The notes under the pieces were generated by a model. The model was not told where the DNA came from. It did no database searches and saw nothing but the letters and a program-made list of their open reading frames with translations. A DNA stretch of 62,894 nt, the filler included, from an uncultured Methanosarcinales archaeon (GTDB lineage: Archaea; Nanobdellota; Nanobdellia; Woesearchaeales; GW2011-AR9), in the NCBI GenBank assembly GCA_964434885.1. It is 7 parts of 7 records of this genome, joined end to end, with 100 filler letters (N's around TTAATTAATTAA, not from the genome) between each part and the next. Parts side by side here need not be neighbours in the genome. Positions count along the whole stretch, not along the records: positions 39,754 to 49,277 come from CAYSWQ010000038.1; positions 49,378 to 58,812 come from CAYSWQ010000039.1; 5 more parts are not named here. One strand, 5' to 3'. The position numbers and the translations under genes were made by a program. Shown here piece by piece: positions 42,929 to 52,927 of this stretch (the stretch's first letter is position 1; each line of letters begins with the position of its first letter).

Positions 42929-44176
42929 ATGGGGAAAGATTCTGAATGGGCACAATCAGATCAAATTGTAAATTTTTATTTTGATTTAGCCAAAAGAACT
43001 AAAAAATATTCTCGAGAACAAGAGAGAATTGCTACTACTAGATTAATAGATCAATATCGAGAATTGAGTAAATCTATTGTTGATTATGTTGTTTTTGAAA
43101 ATGAAGATTCTTTTGGAAATAATAGAAAAAAAGAAAATGATTTAGAAGTTCATTTAGGACTGAGGTATTTAGGAAAAGAATTTGAAATGAGAGGTCATTT
43201 TTATGAATTAGAAAGAAAAATTGTTAATGAAAAAGAGAAAGTAAAAAATTCTCAAAATGGAAATTCAAACAATTTAGAAAATCTAGCTGTTGAGGCATAT
43301 AATTTAATTCCTAAATCAGGTTGTAGTCGATCAAAAATAATAGGTATTTCTAGACAGTTGTTAGAGTATGGAGTTAATGCTTCAGATGATTCTGTTAATG
43401 AACAGAATATCAAAATTAAAAGAAGAATTAATACTATAGAAAGAATAGAAAATGGTTTGACTAATGCAAATATTTATTTGATAATTAGTATAGCTCGTAG
43501 ATATTCAGGAAAATCAATGCAATTATCTGATTTAATACAAGAAGGGATAATTGGTTTTATGAGGGGATTAGAGCATTATGACCCAAGTTTAGGATATCGT
43601 GTTTCAACTTATACTGGTTGGTGGATTCGTCAAAACATTGTTAGGGAATTAGTGAACCAAGATAAAACTATCAGATTACCTGTACATGTAGATACAGATT
43701 TAAATAAATTGAGAGATAGTGGGAGAATGTTAACTACAAGGTTAGAAAGAGGTCCAAATTTATTTGAACTTAGTGAAGATACAGGTTTATCAAAAGAGAT
43801 ACTTAAAAAGTTGATGGAGTTAAATGCAAGACAAGATAAATCTTTAAGTGATACTTTAGGTCAGACTGAAAACTTAACGTTGGAAGAAACAATTCCTTCT
43901 TCTATTCCTGGACAGGATCAGATAATTATGGATAAAGATATGAAAAAATATTTTGTTCGTATTTTAAAACAATTGCAACCTATTGAAGCAGGTGTTTTAG
44001 AAGAAAGATTTGGGTTAAATGGGAAAGTTCCTCAAACATTACAAGAAGTGGGTAATATGTATGGTGTTTGTAGGGAGAGAATTAGACAGATACAAGAAAG
44101 AGCTTTAAGAAAAGTTAGAATTAAAATTATTAAAGATAAAACATTTCCTTTACCTGAAGGACAATTAACTTTTTAA
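42929..44176 (+). CDS. sigma-70 family RNA polymerase sigma factor (RpoD/RpoS-like)
   Basis: Region 2 ANIYLIISIARRY, DLIQEG, YRVSTYTGWWIRQ, TIRLPVH; region 3; region 4 HTH TLQEVG.MYGVCRERIRQIQERALRK. Confidence 0.92.
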   Translation: MGKDSEWAQSDQIVNFYFDLAKRTKKYSREQERIATTRLIDQYRELSKSIVDYVVFENEDSFGNNRKKENDLEVHLGLRYLGKEFEMRGHFYELERKIVNEKEKVKNSQNGNSNNLENLAVEAYNLIPKSGCSRSKIIGISRQLLEYGVNASDDSVNEQNIKIKRRINTIERIENGLTNANIYLIISIARRYSGKSMQLSDLIQEGIIGFMRGLEHYDPSLGYRVSTYTGWWIRQNIVRELVNQDKTIRLPVHVDTDLNKLRDSGRMLTTRLERGPNLFELSEDTGLSKEILKKLMELNARQDKSLSDTLGQTENLTLEETIPSSIPGQDQIIMDKDMKKYFVRILKQLQPIEAGVLEERFGLNGKVPQTLQEVGNMYGVCRERIRQIQERALRKVRIKIIKDKTFPLPEGQLTF

Positions 44177-44201
44177 ATAACTTAGTTTTCTTAATATTAA
44201 T

Positions 44202-47200
44202 ATGAAATATTCAGTTTATAATCCGCAAGAATTAGAACCAGTAATCCAAAAGTTTTGGGAAAAAAATAAAATTAATGAAAAGACTAGAGAAAAGAATAAG
44301 AAAGGAAAAAAGTTTTATTATTTAGATGGTCCACCATATACTTCTGGAAGAATTCATTTAGGAACAGCTTGGAATAAGTCGATGAAAGATATTACTATTC
44401 GTTATCAGAAGATGAAAGGATTTAATGTTTGGGATCGGGCTGGTTTTGATATGCATGGTTTGCCAACGGCAATGAAAGTAATGGCCAAACACAACTTAAA
44501 AACTAAGGAAGATATTTTTAAATTTGGAATGGATAAATTCATCAAAGGTTGTATTGAATTTTCTCAGGAAATGATGGGAATTATGATTAAAGATTTTGAA
44601 AGATTAGGGGTTACTTTGGATTTTAAAGACCCGTATCAGCCAATAAGTAAAGAATTTATGGAAGGAGAATGGTGGTTTGTTAAAAAAGCATACGAACAAA
44701 AAAGACTTTATCATGGAGAAAAAGTAATGACTTGGTGTCAACATTGTGAAACTGCTATTGCTAAACATGAATGTGAATATGAAGAAGTAAAAGATAATTC
44801 TGTTTTTGTTAAATTACCAGTAAAAGGTAAAAAAGATGAATATTTAGTTATTTGGACTACTACACCTTGGACCTTACCTTTTAATCTAGCAGTGATGGCA
44901 AATCCAAAATTAGATTATGTTAAGGTGGAAGTGGAAGGGGGAAAAGAAAAGACAAAAGAGAAATGGATTTTGGCTAAAGCTTTAGCTGGCCCAGTTATTC
45001 AGGCAGTAGCTGATAAAAAGATGAAGATTCTTAAAGAGTTTAAAGGGAAAGAATTAGAAGGAATAGAATATGTTCACCCTTGGCAAGAAAACATTTCTAA
45101 ATTGAATGAAATTAAGAAAGAACATAAAAATACATTTACAGTAATTATGAGTGAAGAATTTGTAGATACGACTGCTGGTTCTGGATTAGTTCATTGTGCT
45201 CCTGGTTGTGGTCCAGAAGACCAACAAGCTTGTCAACCATATGATATCCCTCCATTTAATAGTTTAGGAGAAGATGGTTTTTTTCCAGAAAGTATGGGTA
45301 AATTTCATAGTTTACGTCCAAAAATAGATGATAATAAATTTATTGAAGATTTAAAAGAAAATGAATTTTTGATTGAAACTACAAAAGTAGATCACGAATA
45401 CCCTCATTGTTGGAGATGTCACGAACCGGTTATTTTTAGATTAACCCCACAATGGTTTTTGAAAATTGAAGATCTTAGAGAAGAGATGCTTAAAGATAAT
45501 GAAAAGGTAAATTGGGTTCCGGAAACTGCTAACAATGCATTTAAATCATGGGTTTCTAATCTTAAGGATAATTCAATTTCTCGACAAAGATTTTGGGGAA
45601 CTCCTTTACCAATTTGGACTTGTGATTCTTGCGAGCAAGTCGATGTTTTTGCTTCAGCTGAAGAATTAAAAAAGAAAGCAGGAAACGCTCCAGAAGATTT
45701 ACATATTCCTTGGATTGATGAAATAACTTATTCTTGTAAATGTAATGGAATGATGAAGAGAGTACCAGATATTATTGATGTTTGGGTAGATGCAGGAACA
45801 ACTTCGTGGAATTGTGTATATAATGATGCTAAATTAATTAAGGAATTGTTTCCAGTAGATTTAATTTTAGAAGCAAAAGAACAAACTAGGTTATGGTTTA
45901 GTATGTTGAGTATTTGTTCTCAAATTGCTTTGGGTAAAAATTGTTACAATAATGTTCATGTTCATGGGATGTTATTTGATATTGGCGGAAAAAAGATGAG
46001 TAAGTCTTTGGGAAATATTATTTCGCCAGATGAATTAATTGATAAGCATGGAGCAGATACTTTGAGATATTACATGGGTCAAACTAATGCTGGACAAGAA
46101 ATAAATTTTAGTTGGGATGAGTGTGCCAATAAAACAAGACATTTGCACATTATTTGGAATGTGCATAAGTTTTTAATTTCTTTAGCTAAGGAAAATAATA
46201 CTAATCCTTTTGAATTAGACAAAAAGTTAATGGGAGAGTTATTTAGTTTAGAAGAGAAGTATATTTTTTCTAAATTACATCAAACTGGACAAAAAGTTAC
46301 TCAATTATTTGATCAATTTAGATTAGATGAAACTATTGTTTTAATTGAGGAATTATTTTTGGAATTAAGTAGAACATATATTCAAATGATTAGGGATAAA
46401 AGTGTTTTGGGAAGTAAGGCAGAGAAAGATGTTTGTCTTTATACTATTTCTCAAACTTTGTTTCAAGCGATGAAATTATTTGCTCCAATTTCTCCATTTA
46501 TTACTGAGGCAATGTATCAGAATTTAAAAGAAGAATTTGATTTAAAGGAAGAAAGTATCCATCATTGTTCTTGGCCAGAATTTGACTCTAAAACTGTTGA
46601 TTTGGAATTAGAAGATGAAATGGAAATAGCTAAACAAGTAATTCAACAAGGATTAAATTTACGAGAGAAAGCACATTTAGGATTAAGGTGGCCGATTAAG
46701 GAATTAGTGGTTGCTAGTAGGGATAAAGGAACTATTAAGGCAGTGGAAAAGTTACGGGAAATTGTGGAAAAACAGGTCAATGTTAAAGGAATTAGTATTA
46801 TGGAAGAATTACCTGGAGTAGAGTTGAAAGTCAAAAGTGATTATAAAAAAATTGGTCCACGATATGAGAAATTAAGTCCCAAAATTATTGCTAAGTTAGC
46901 AATGGAGAGTCCAGAAACAATTTTAGGACATATTGAGAAAGAAGGAACATATAAATTTAAGATAGATGATACCCCAATAGAAATTAAAAAAGATGATTTG
47001 TTGATTGATAATCAAGTTCCAGAACCATATTTAGAAAGTAGTTTTCGAAAAGGATTTGTTTATATCAATACAGAAAGAAATGATATTTTGGATGGAGAAG
47101 GTTTTGCTCGAGAAATAATGAGATTAGTACAACAATTAAGGAAGGAAGCTGGTTTGGAGAAACAAGACCAGATTGAACTATTTGTTCAAGTTAGTTCTGA

Positions 47201-47357
47201 GTTACTTGAGAAAATTACTAAGTTTGAAAGTGATATTAAAGAAAAAGTTGGTGCTCAGGAAATTGAGTTAAGTAGTAAAGAACCAGCTAAAAAATTAAAG
47301 TTTTCTGCAGAAAAGAAAATTAAAAAAGAAGAAATTAAAATTTTGTTAGCTACTTAG
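44202..47357 (+). CDS. ileS: isoleucine--tRNA ligase (archaeal/eukaryotic type)
   Basis: DGPPYTSG.IHLGT, WTTTPWTLP, GSGLVH.APG, SRQRFWG, KMSKS. Confidence 0.96.
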   Translation: MKYSVYNPQELEPVIQKFWEKNKINEKTREKNKKGKKFYYLDGPPYTSGRIHLGTAWNKSMKDITIRYQKMKGFNVWDRAGFDMHGLPTAMKVMAKHNLKTKEDIFKFGMDKFIKGCIEFSQEMMGIMIKDFERLGVTLDFKDPYQPISKEFMEGEWWFVKKAYEQKRLYHGEKVMTWCQHCETAIAKHECEYEEVKDNSVFVKLPVKGKKDEYLVIWTTTPWTLPFNLAVMANPKLDYVKVEVEGGKEKTKEKWILAKALAGPVIQAVADKKMKILKEFKGKELEGIEYVHPWQENISKLNEIKKEHKNTFTVIMSEEFVDTTAGSGLVHCAPGCGPEDQQACQPYDIPPFNSLGEDGFFPESMGKFHSLRPKIDDNKFIEDLKENEFLIETTKVDHEYPHCWRCHEPVIFRLTPQWFLKIEDLREEMLKDNEKVNWVPETANNAFKSWVSNLKDNSISRQRFWGTPLPIWTCDSCEQVDVFASAEELKKKAGNAPEDLHIPWIDEITYSCKCNGMMKRVPDIIDVWVDAGTTSWNCVYNDAKLIKELFPVDLILEAKEQTRLWFSMLSICSQIALGKNCYNNVHVHGMLFDIGGKKMSKSLGNIISPDELIDKHGADTLRYYMGQTNAGQEINFSWDECANKTRHLHIIWNVHKFLISLAKENNTNPFELDKKLMGELFSLEEKYIFSKLHQTGQKVTQLFDQFRLDETIVLIEELFLELSRTYIQMIRDKSVLGSKAEKDVCLYTISQTLFQAMKLFAPISPFITEAMYQNLKEEFDLKEESIHHCSWPEFDSKTVDLELEDEMEIAKQVIQQGLNLREKAHLGLRWPIKELVVASRDKGTIKAVEKLREIVEKQVNVKGISIMEELPGVELKVKSDYKKIGPRYEKLSPKIIAKLAMESPETILGHIEKEGTYKFKIDDTPIEIKKDDLLIDNQVPEPYLESSFRKGFVYINTERNDILDGEGFAREIMRLVQQLRKEAGLEKQDQIELFVQVSSELLEKITKFESDIKEKVGAQEIELSSKEPAKKLKFSAEKKIKKEEIKILLAT

Positions 47358-47880
47358 ATTTACTACCAGAATAAAAGAATTTTTCGATAGAAACCTCTTG
47401 ATCTTTAAAGTTGCCGGAACGAGGGTGTTTGGAATGGTCACTATTACTTTCTGCAGGAGGTTGTTCTTGAGGTGGTTTTTCAGGTGTTTGAGTTTTTTCT
47501 GGAGTGTTGCTTCTGGCCATCTGTAATTCTTTAATCCGACCATTGATAATATCTATTTCTCCTCTTAAAGCATCAAAGCTGTTATTCATTTCTAAGAATT
47601 GATCGTTGAATTGTTTCATTCTTTTAACAATAAATTCGGTGTTTTTTTGTAGAATTTCTTTGATTTTTTCTTGACCCAACTCTGGAGTTTGTTCAGTGGT
47701 GTTTTCTACTCCACCAATTTCACCTTTAACTTCGCTTACTTGATTATTTAAACTTGAATAATCTTTTTTGGCTAAAATTTGTTCAGCCTGTTTAATGGCT
47801 TCTTCTTTGTCTGCAGCTAAACCTTGATTAACTAAATCCATAGCCAAAGAATTAATCTTCTGTACTCTTTCTACATCCAT
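47350..47880 (-). CDS. hypothetical coiled-coil protein
   Basis: GAGGTGA RBS; C-terminal HPRSGNF...VSIEKFFYSG. Confidence 0.65.
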   Translation of the reverse strand: MDVERVQKINSLAMDLVNQGLAADKEEAIKQAEQILAKKDYSSLNNQVSEVKGEIGGVENTTEQTPELGQEKIKEILQKNTEFIVKRMKQFNDQFLEMNNSFDALRGEIDIINGRIKELQMARSNTPEKTQTPEKPPQEQPPAESNSDHSKHPRSGNFKDQEVSIEKFFYSGSKSK

Positions 47881-47964
47881 CTGTAATCACCTCTAATTAT
47901 CATAACTTTAAAAAAAACTCTCACTTATTAATGTTTTCTATTCTTGGGGATATAATAAAAAAAA

Positions 47965-48309
47965 TTACCCACAAACAAGTGGGATTGAGAAAGGCAAAAT
48001 TTTAGCTGTCCCAAGGTATACTAAGACCAGGGCACCAATGATACCTATAAAGAACCCAATAAAGAAATATTTTGCTTCTATTGGTCCTAATTGTCCTTTT
48101 TTGTTTACTAATCCAGTTAAACCACAAACCAAGGGGATTTCAAAAGGAATAATTTTTTTGGTTCCCAAGAATACTAAAACCAAACCACCAATAATTCCTA
48201 CAAAAAAACCCATAAAAAAGAATTTTGCTTCAATGATACCTAATTGGGCTTTTTTGGAAATTTTTTTGATAGAGGTCAAACAATTATTTTTCAAATCCAT
48301 TTTTTTCAC
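47965..48309 (-). CDS. membrane protein made of two tandem class III signal-peptide-like units
   Basis: KKAQLGIIEAKFF...IPLVCG and KKGQLGPIEAKYF...IPLVCG. Confidence 0.7.
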   Translation of the reverse strand: MKKMDLKNNCLTSIKKISKKAQLGIIEAKFFFMGFFVGIIGGLVLVFLGTKKIIPFEIPLVCGLTGLVNKKGQLGPIEAKYFFIGFFIGIIGALVLVYLGTAKILPFSIPLVCG

Positions 48310-48536
48310 CTAATAATTTCATATTCTTTGATAATTAAAATTACAAACAATATCAATAATACTGCACCAGCAACCATATACCAAAGTCCTGGTAAAATAC
48401 TCATATTGCTAATAGATTGATACATTCCCCAAGCCATTACTATAAATCCTAGCCATAAAAATTTATCTAACACTAATTTCATTACCTGAAATTCTTGATC
48501 ATCAGTCATTCTTTTTTTGGAATTTTTTCTTGCCAT
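48306..48536 (-). CDS. small two-TM membrane protein
   Basis: GAGGTG RBS; EFQVMKLVLDKFLWLG. Confidence 0.7.
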   Translation of the reverse strand: MARKNSKKRMTDDQEFQVMKLVLDKFLWLGFIVMAWGMYQSISNMSILPGLWYMVAGAVLLILFVILIIKEYEIIR

Positions 48537-48545
48537 TTTTCACCT

Positions 48546-49100
48546 CTAAGCAGTCACCTTTAGAAAGAACTGCTTGGTTTCGTAATAGTAACTGGAACCT
48601 ATGCTAACCGCTTCGGTTTTACTACAATCGCTTGCTCCACATTTTATGCCTAAAGTACAGATATATGTGTCAGCTGCTAAACCATTTTCAGTTAAGATTA
48701 AACTATATCCTTTAGATTCACTTGCACCCACATTAGCTGAGATTGAAGCGAAAGTTGGTAAATTTTTAGTTACTTTGGTTCCTCCTTTTTGCAGACATTC
48801 AACTAAAGAAAATGTTGCTCCAGTAGCAGTCCCACTTCCTTTATTATAGAAACCAACACTCATTGTTTTTGATTTTTTTCTTCCAATAGAAACTGTTCCA
48901 GTAATAGTTATTGGATTACTGGCTGTTGGTTGGGCTTCCAGTTTAGTTACAGCAAATGCTTCTGGGAGTTTTTCTTCTGCTCCTTTAAAGATAGTTCTAG
49001 TTAAGGATAATCCCAAACCTAAAACTACAAAAGCAATAACCATAACTACAATTGCAGTTATTGATAAAGATAAAGAACCTTTTTTTGATCTAGCTATCAT
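48546..49100 (-). CDS. archaeal type IV pilin-like protein
   Basis: Class III signal KKG/SLSLSITAIVVMVIAFVVLGLG; GAGGTG RBS before ATG 49100. Confidence 0.75.
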   Translation of the reverse strand: MIARSKKGSLSLSITAIVVMVIAFVVLGLGLSLTRTIFKGAEEKLPEAFAVTKLEAQPTASNPITITGTVSIGRKKSKTMSVGFYNKGSGTATGATFSLVECLQKGGTKVTKNLPTFASISANVGASESKGYSLILTENGLAADTYICTLGIKCGASDCSKTEAVSIGSSYYYETKQFFLKVTA

Positions 49101-49185
49101 TATTTTTACACCTCTTTTTATTAATTTAAACAATACTTAATAATCTAGAACATTTTTTTTATATAAAAAGCTTTCTAAAAAATCG

Positions 49186-49276
49186 TACATATCTAGTTGA
49201 GTTTGCACGGCCCAGTGATTTTGTGATATTCTTCACAAAATGGGCCTCCATTGGCAAAACTAACTAAATATATGCT
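49186..49276 (-). ncRNA. candidate structured element, family A, copy 2
   Basis: Minus strand TGCCAATGGAGGCCCATTTTGTGA-agaata-TCACAAAATCACTGGGCCGTGCA inside a longer imperfect stem. Confidence 0.55.
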
Positions 49277-49377
49277 ANNNNNNNNNNNNNNNNNNNNNNN
49301 NNNNNNNNNNNNNNNNNNNNNTTAATTAATTAANNNNNNNNNNNNNNNNNNNNNNNNNNNNNNNNNNNNNNNNNNNN

Positions 49378-49940
49378 AGATGGCAGCAATGATGAAAAAT
49401 GAAGGATTATTAATTGCTAATGATATTAGTGGAGATAGATTACAAGCATTAGGTATTAATTTACAGAGATGTGGGGTGATTAATTCTTTAATTGCACAAG
49501 GAACAGGATATCGTTTCAAGGAAGGAAATTTTGATCGAATTTTAGTTGATGCTCCATGTTCAGCAACTGGAACAATTATGCGTTCTATAAAAACAATCAA
49601 CATGTGGAATCCAAAGATAGTGAAACATCTTTGTAGTATTCAGAAAAAATTATTGGAGACTGCATTTCAAAATTTGAAACCTAATGGGAGTTTAGTTTAT
49701 TCTACTTGTACTTTAGAACCAGAAGAAGATGAAGGAGTAGTTAGTTGGTTTTTAGATAAATTTGATAATGTGAAAATAGAAGAGATTAAGGAAGTAGATT
49801 TGCTTGGATTAAAAAGAAGTCCAGCAGTTTTAGAGTTTGAGGGTGTTGTTTTTAATCCCAGGGTTAAAAAATGTTTAAGAATTTGGCCTCAAGATAATGA
49901 AACAGAAGGTTTTTTCGTGGCTAAATTTAGAAAAAAATGA
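49378..49940 (+). CDS. RsmB/NOP2 family RNA m5C methyltransferase, 5'-truncated
   Basis: FDRILVDAPCS, LVYSTCT..PEEDE, GFFVAKF. Confidence 0.92.
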
Positions 49941-49995
49941 ATATTATGTTTCTAATAAAGAAATCTTTTTAATACTGACTTAATTTTAGAGCTAA

Positions 49996-51045
49996 ATGTT
50001 AGGGATTGATAAGGAGTTGAGAGAAAAGGTTGAAAAAAGACTAGGTGTTTTTAATAGGGTTCTTAAAACTTGCTTGAAAGCAAAAAATGGAGAGATTTTA
50101 ATCATTACAGATTATGGTTCAGGAGATAAACAATTGGCTGCAATGGTAGGTCATGGTTTTTACAAAGCAGCTTTGAAAAAAGGTTTTAAAACAGGAATTG
50201 TTTTTCAAGAAACTAAAAAAGGATTTATGCAGGCAGATAATAATGTAGTTAATACTTTAAATAGATTAGAGGACAAGAGCATAGTTGTTTTGAGTTTGTC
50301 AAATAAATTAGGTCGTTTAGGAATCTTGGGAAAAAGTTTTAGAAATTTTTGTAAAGATAAAAATTTAAGATTTATTTCTAGTTCTGGTTTAGGTGGAGTA
50401 AGTTCAGGACAGTTTGATATTTTTACTGAAGCAATTGATGTTAATTATAATCGAATGAGGAAACATGGAGTAAAATTAAAAAATAAATTGGATCGTGCTA
50501 AGGAGATTAAAGTTAAGACTGAGAAAGGAACTAATTTAACTTTTAATGTCGAAGGGATGGAAGCAGTTGCTAATGTTGGAGATTATAAAGAAGCAGGAAC
50601 AGGAGGTAATATTCCTGCTGGAGAAGTTTATATTCCTCCAAAAGGTTTGAATGGAGTTAATGGAAAATTAGTAATTGATGGAAGTATGCGTTGTGATGAA
50701 GGGACTATGTTGATGAAAGAACCTTTGGAATTGGAGATTAAAGAAGGCCGAATTGTTGAGATTAAAGGAATGCATAAGGCTTTATTAGAAAAAACTTTGA
50801 TGAGGAGAGAAGATCGAGCAAAATATCCAGAAAGAGTTAGATTGATTGGAGAATTAGGGATTGGTATTAATCCAAAAGCGGTTTTGATTGGTAGTTCTAT
50901 TTTAGATGAGAAAGTCTTGGGTACTGCTCATGTGGCTATTGGAAGTAATGCATGGTTTGGAGGAGATATTAGAACAATATTACATTTAGATCAAGTGATT
51001 TTAGCTCCGAAGATATTTTTGGATGGAGAATTGTTGAAGGTTTAA
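49996..51045 (+). CDS. aminopeptidase (thermophilic metalloprotease M29-like)
   Basis: GNIPAGEV, GELGIGINP, DEKVLGTAHVAIG, HLD. Confidence 0.85.
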   Translation: MLGIDKELREKVEKRLGVFNRVLKTCLKAKNGEILIITDYGSGDKQLAAMVGHGFYKAALKKGFKTGIVFQETKKGFMQADNNVVNTLNRLEDKSIVVLSLSNKLGRLGILGKSFRNFCKDKNLRFISSSGLGGVSSGQFDIFTEAIDVNYNRMRKHGVKLKNKLDRAKEIKVKTEKGTNLTFNVEGMEAVANVGDYKEAGTGGNIPAGEVYIPPKGLNGVNGKLVIDGSMRCDEGTMLMKEPLELEIKEGRIVEIKGMHKALLEKTLMRREDRAKYPERVRLIGELGIGINPKAVLIGSSILDEKVLGTAHVAIGSNAWFGGDIRTILHLDQVILAPKIFLDGELLKV

Positions 51046-51082
51046 ACAAAACATTTATCTAGTCTAAAAAAATTCTTTTTTT

Positions 51083-51517
51083 ATGAGAAAATTGATTTTG
51101 TCTTGGAAATTTTATTTGGGGGCAAGTTTAATTATCTTAAGTTTTATAATTGGGGCAATTACACATTTTACAATTATTATTTATTTTAACGACCATTTAT
51201 GGAGGTGGGTTTCTGTTGTTGCCTATATAATTTCTTGGCCAATGTTAATTATTGGTGCTTGGTGGGCGGGAAAAGAATTTGTTGAAAGTGTCAAGAAATA
51301 TTTTTCTTATCAGTTTTATAGTAGAAGAGTTAAAAAAGGAACTAGAAAAGTTTATCGTACAGCTAAAAATAAAACTAAGAATTTTGAAAATAAAGCCAAA
51401 TTGAAAGCTGCTTTGTTGAGAGAAAATACAAGAAAGAAAACTCAAAGATTGAAGGAAAAAACTAGTGAACGAACAAGAAAGATTAAAGAAAAAGCTAGAA
51501 GAATAATTAAAAAATAA
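51083..51517 (+). CDS. hypothetical membrane protein
   Basis: Two TM segments then a basic tail. Confidence 0.55.
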   Translation: MRKLILSWKFYLGASLIILSFIIGAITHFTIIIYFNDHLWRWVSVVAYIISWPMLIIGAWWAGKEFVESVKKYFSYQFYSRRVKKGTRKVYRTAKNKTKNFENKAKLKAALLRENTRKKTQRLKEKTSERTRKIKEKARRIIKK

Positions 51518-51518
51518 A

Positions 51519-52088
51519 TTATCTTTCTGTTACTTTTTCATCTGCTAAATTAACTAATCTTGAGGGCCTGGCTTTTTTCTCCCCTTCATAAATTATAAAA
51601 TTAACCTCTCTTTTGATTTCAGAATTTAAATTTTCTAAAGATGTCATAAATTCATGACCTGTTTTGTTGGCAGAAGTAGTGACGATAGGAACACCTAATT
51701 CAGATACTAATTCTTGTAACCAGTGATCTGGCATTCTGATTCCGACAGTGTCGTCTTTGGTATTTGGAATATTTTTGGCTATACCATCTTTCTTTTTTAA
51801 TTTTGTAATTAAAGTATATGGTCCTGGAAGTTCATTCATCCATTTAGAAAAAGTAGATGAATCCGCACAGTTATCTTTGATCCAATCTTTAGAAGGGACC
51901 CAAACTGAAAAAGGAGTATCTGGTCGATCTTTTAATCTTCTTATTTCTTTTACTGCATTGGGGTTTAAAGCATTACAACCTAAACCATAAATCGTGTCTG
52001 TAGGATGAATAAATACAGCACCATCTCTAATCTTTTCAATTATTTCTCTTTTTCGTAAACGTAATTCGTGTTTGGTTAAGATTTCCAT
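51519..52088 (-). CDS. tsaC: L-threonylcarbamoyladenylate synthase (Sua5/TsaC/YrdC)
   Basis: PTDTIYGL, LKDRP, PGPYT, GIRMP, TTSAN. Confidence 0.92.
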   Translation of the reverse strand: MEILTKHELRLRKREIIEKIRDGAVFIHPTDTIYGLGCNALNPNAVKEIRRLKDRPDTPFSVWVPSKDWIKDNCADSSTFSKWMNELPGPYTLITKLKKKDGIAKNIPNTKDDTVGIRMPDHWLQELVSELGVPIVTTSANKTGHEFMTSLENLNSEIKREVNFIIYEGEKKARPSRLVNLADEKVTER

Positions 52089-52218
52089 ATAATAATTATA
52101 TTGATATTAACTTTATATATTTTTTGCTTTTGAGGTATATACTCTATAAACAGAACAGAGTTATTTAAAAATGGAGGTGTGATGGCCTGGCAAGAAGGTG
52201 AAACCAGGCCATCTGGAT

Positions 52219-52308
52219 TTAAATATAAACTTCGGCAAAATCATCAATTCCAGTTTGTCTGGAATCATATTTCCAAAGTAAATAGATTATTCTATCTCTG
52301 ATATTCAT
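52219..52308 (-). CDS. putative 29-aa small protein
   Basis: ATGA overlap with the upstream sORF, preceded by GGAGGT; MNIRDRIIYLLWKYDSRQTGIDDFAEVYI. Confidence 0.4.
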   Translation of the reverse strand: MNIRDRIIYLLWKYDSRQTGIDDFAEVYI

Positions 52309-52433
52309 CTTAACCAACCTCCAGACATTTGTAAATCAAATAATTCTTCTTTTGGAAGAACATTGCAAGTTCTTTTAGTTAGTTCAGTAATCTGTTTTTC
52401 AAACAATTTTTTTACAATCGAAACATCATTCAT
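52305..52433 (-). CDS. putative 42-aa small protein
   Basis: GAGGTGA RBS and TATA; MNDVSIVKKLFEKQITELTKRTCNVLPKEELFDLQMSGGWLR. Confidence 0.5.
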   Translation of the reverse strand: MNDVSIVKKLFEKQITELTKRTCNVLPKEELFDLQMSGGWLR

Positions 52434-52654
52434 TTTTTATCACCTCGTTTTGATGTATTCTTTGTGTGGTTACTTGTTTATAAGGCCTACCTGGGTTTGT
52501 CTACTTGTCCACTACTTTTTGTTTTAAGCTCAAAATGGGCTTATTTTCTTTAATGGTGGTTAAAATTGGCTTATTTTGGTGGACAAAATTAGTTGTTTTT
52601 TATGTCTAGTTGTTTGATAAGTATTAAAAATTGAGAAAGTTATAATGTTTGATA

Positions 52655-52924
52655 ATGGAAGAAATTATAGCTAGTCTTGGAAGACTTAAAAGAATGGCTC
52701 AACGTTATTTTCCTATCGTTAAGGCTGAATTAGATGAGATGATTGAAAGAAAAGTTGAATCTTCTGATGAAATTGAAAGAGTTTTAGATAATTTATTTAG
52801 TTATCTTCAATTAGGGATTGGAGATGAAGAATTTAAAAGACTTAATTCATATTATTCTGGAATAGATCCAAAAGGAGCTAAATTTTATACTGATTGGTAT
52901 AAGACAATGATATCAGAAGAATAA
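52655..52924 (+). CDS. hypothetical protein
   Basis: Helical ORF ending convergent on tRNA-His. Confidence 0.55.
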   Translation: MEEIIASLGRLKRMAQRYFPIVKAELDEMIERKVESSDEIERVLDNLFSYLQLGIGDEEFKRLNSYYSGIDPKGAKFYTDWYKTMISEE

Positions 52925-52927
52925 AAG

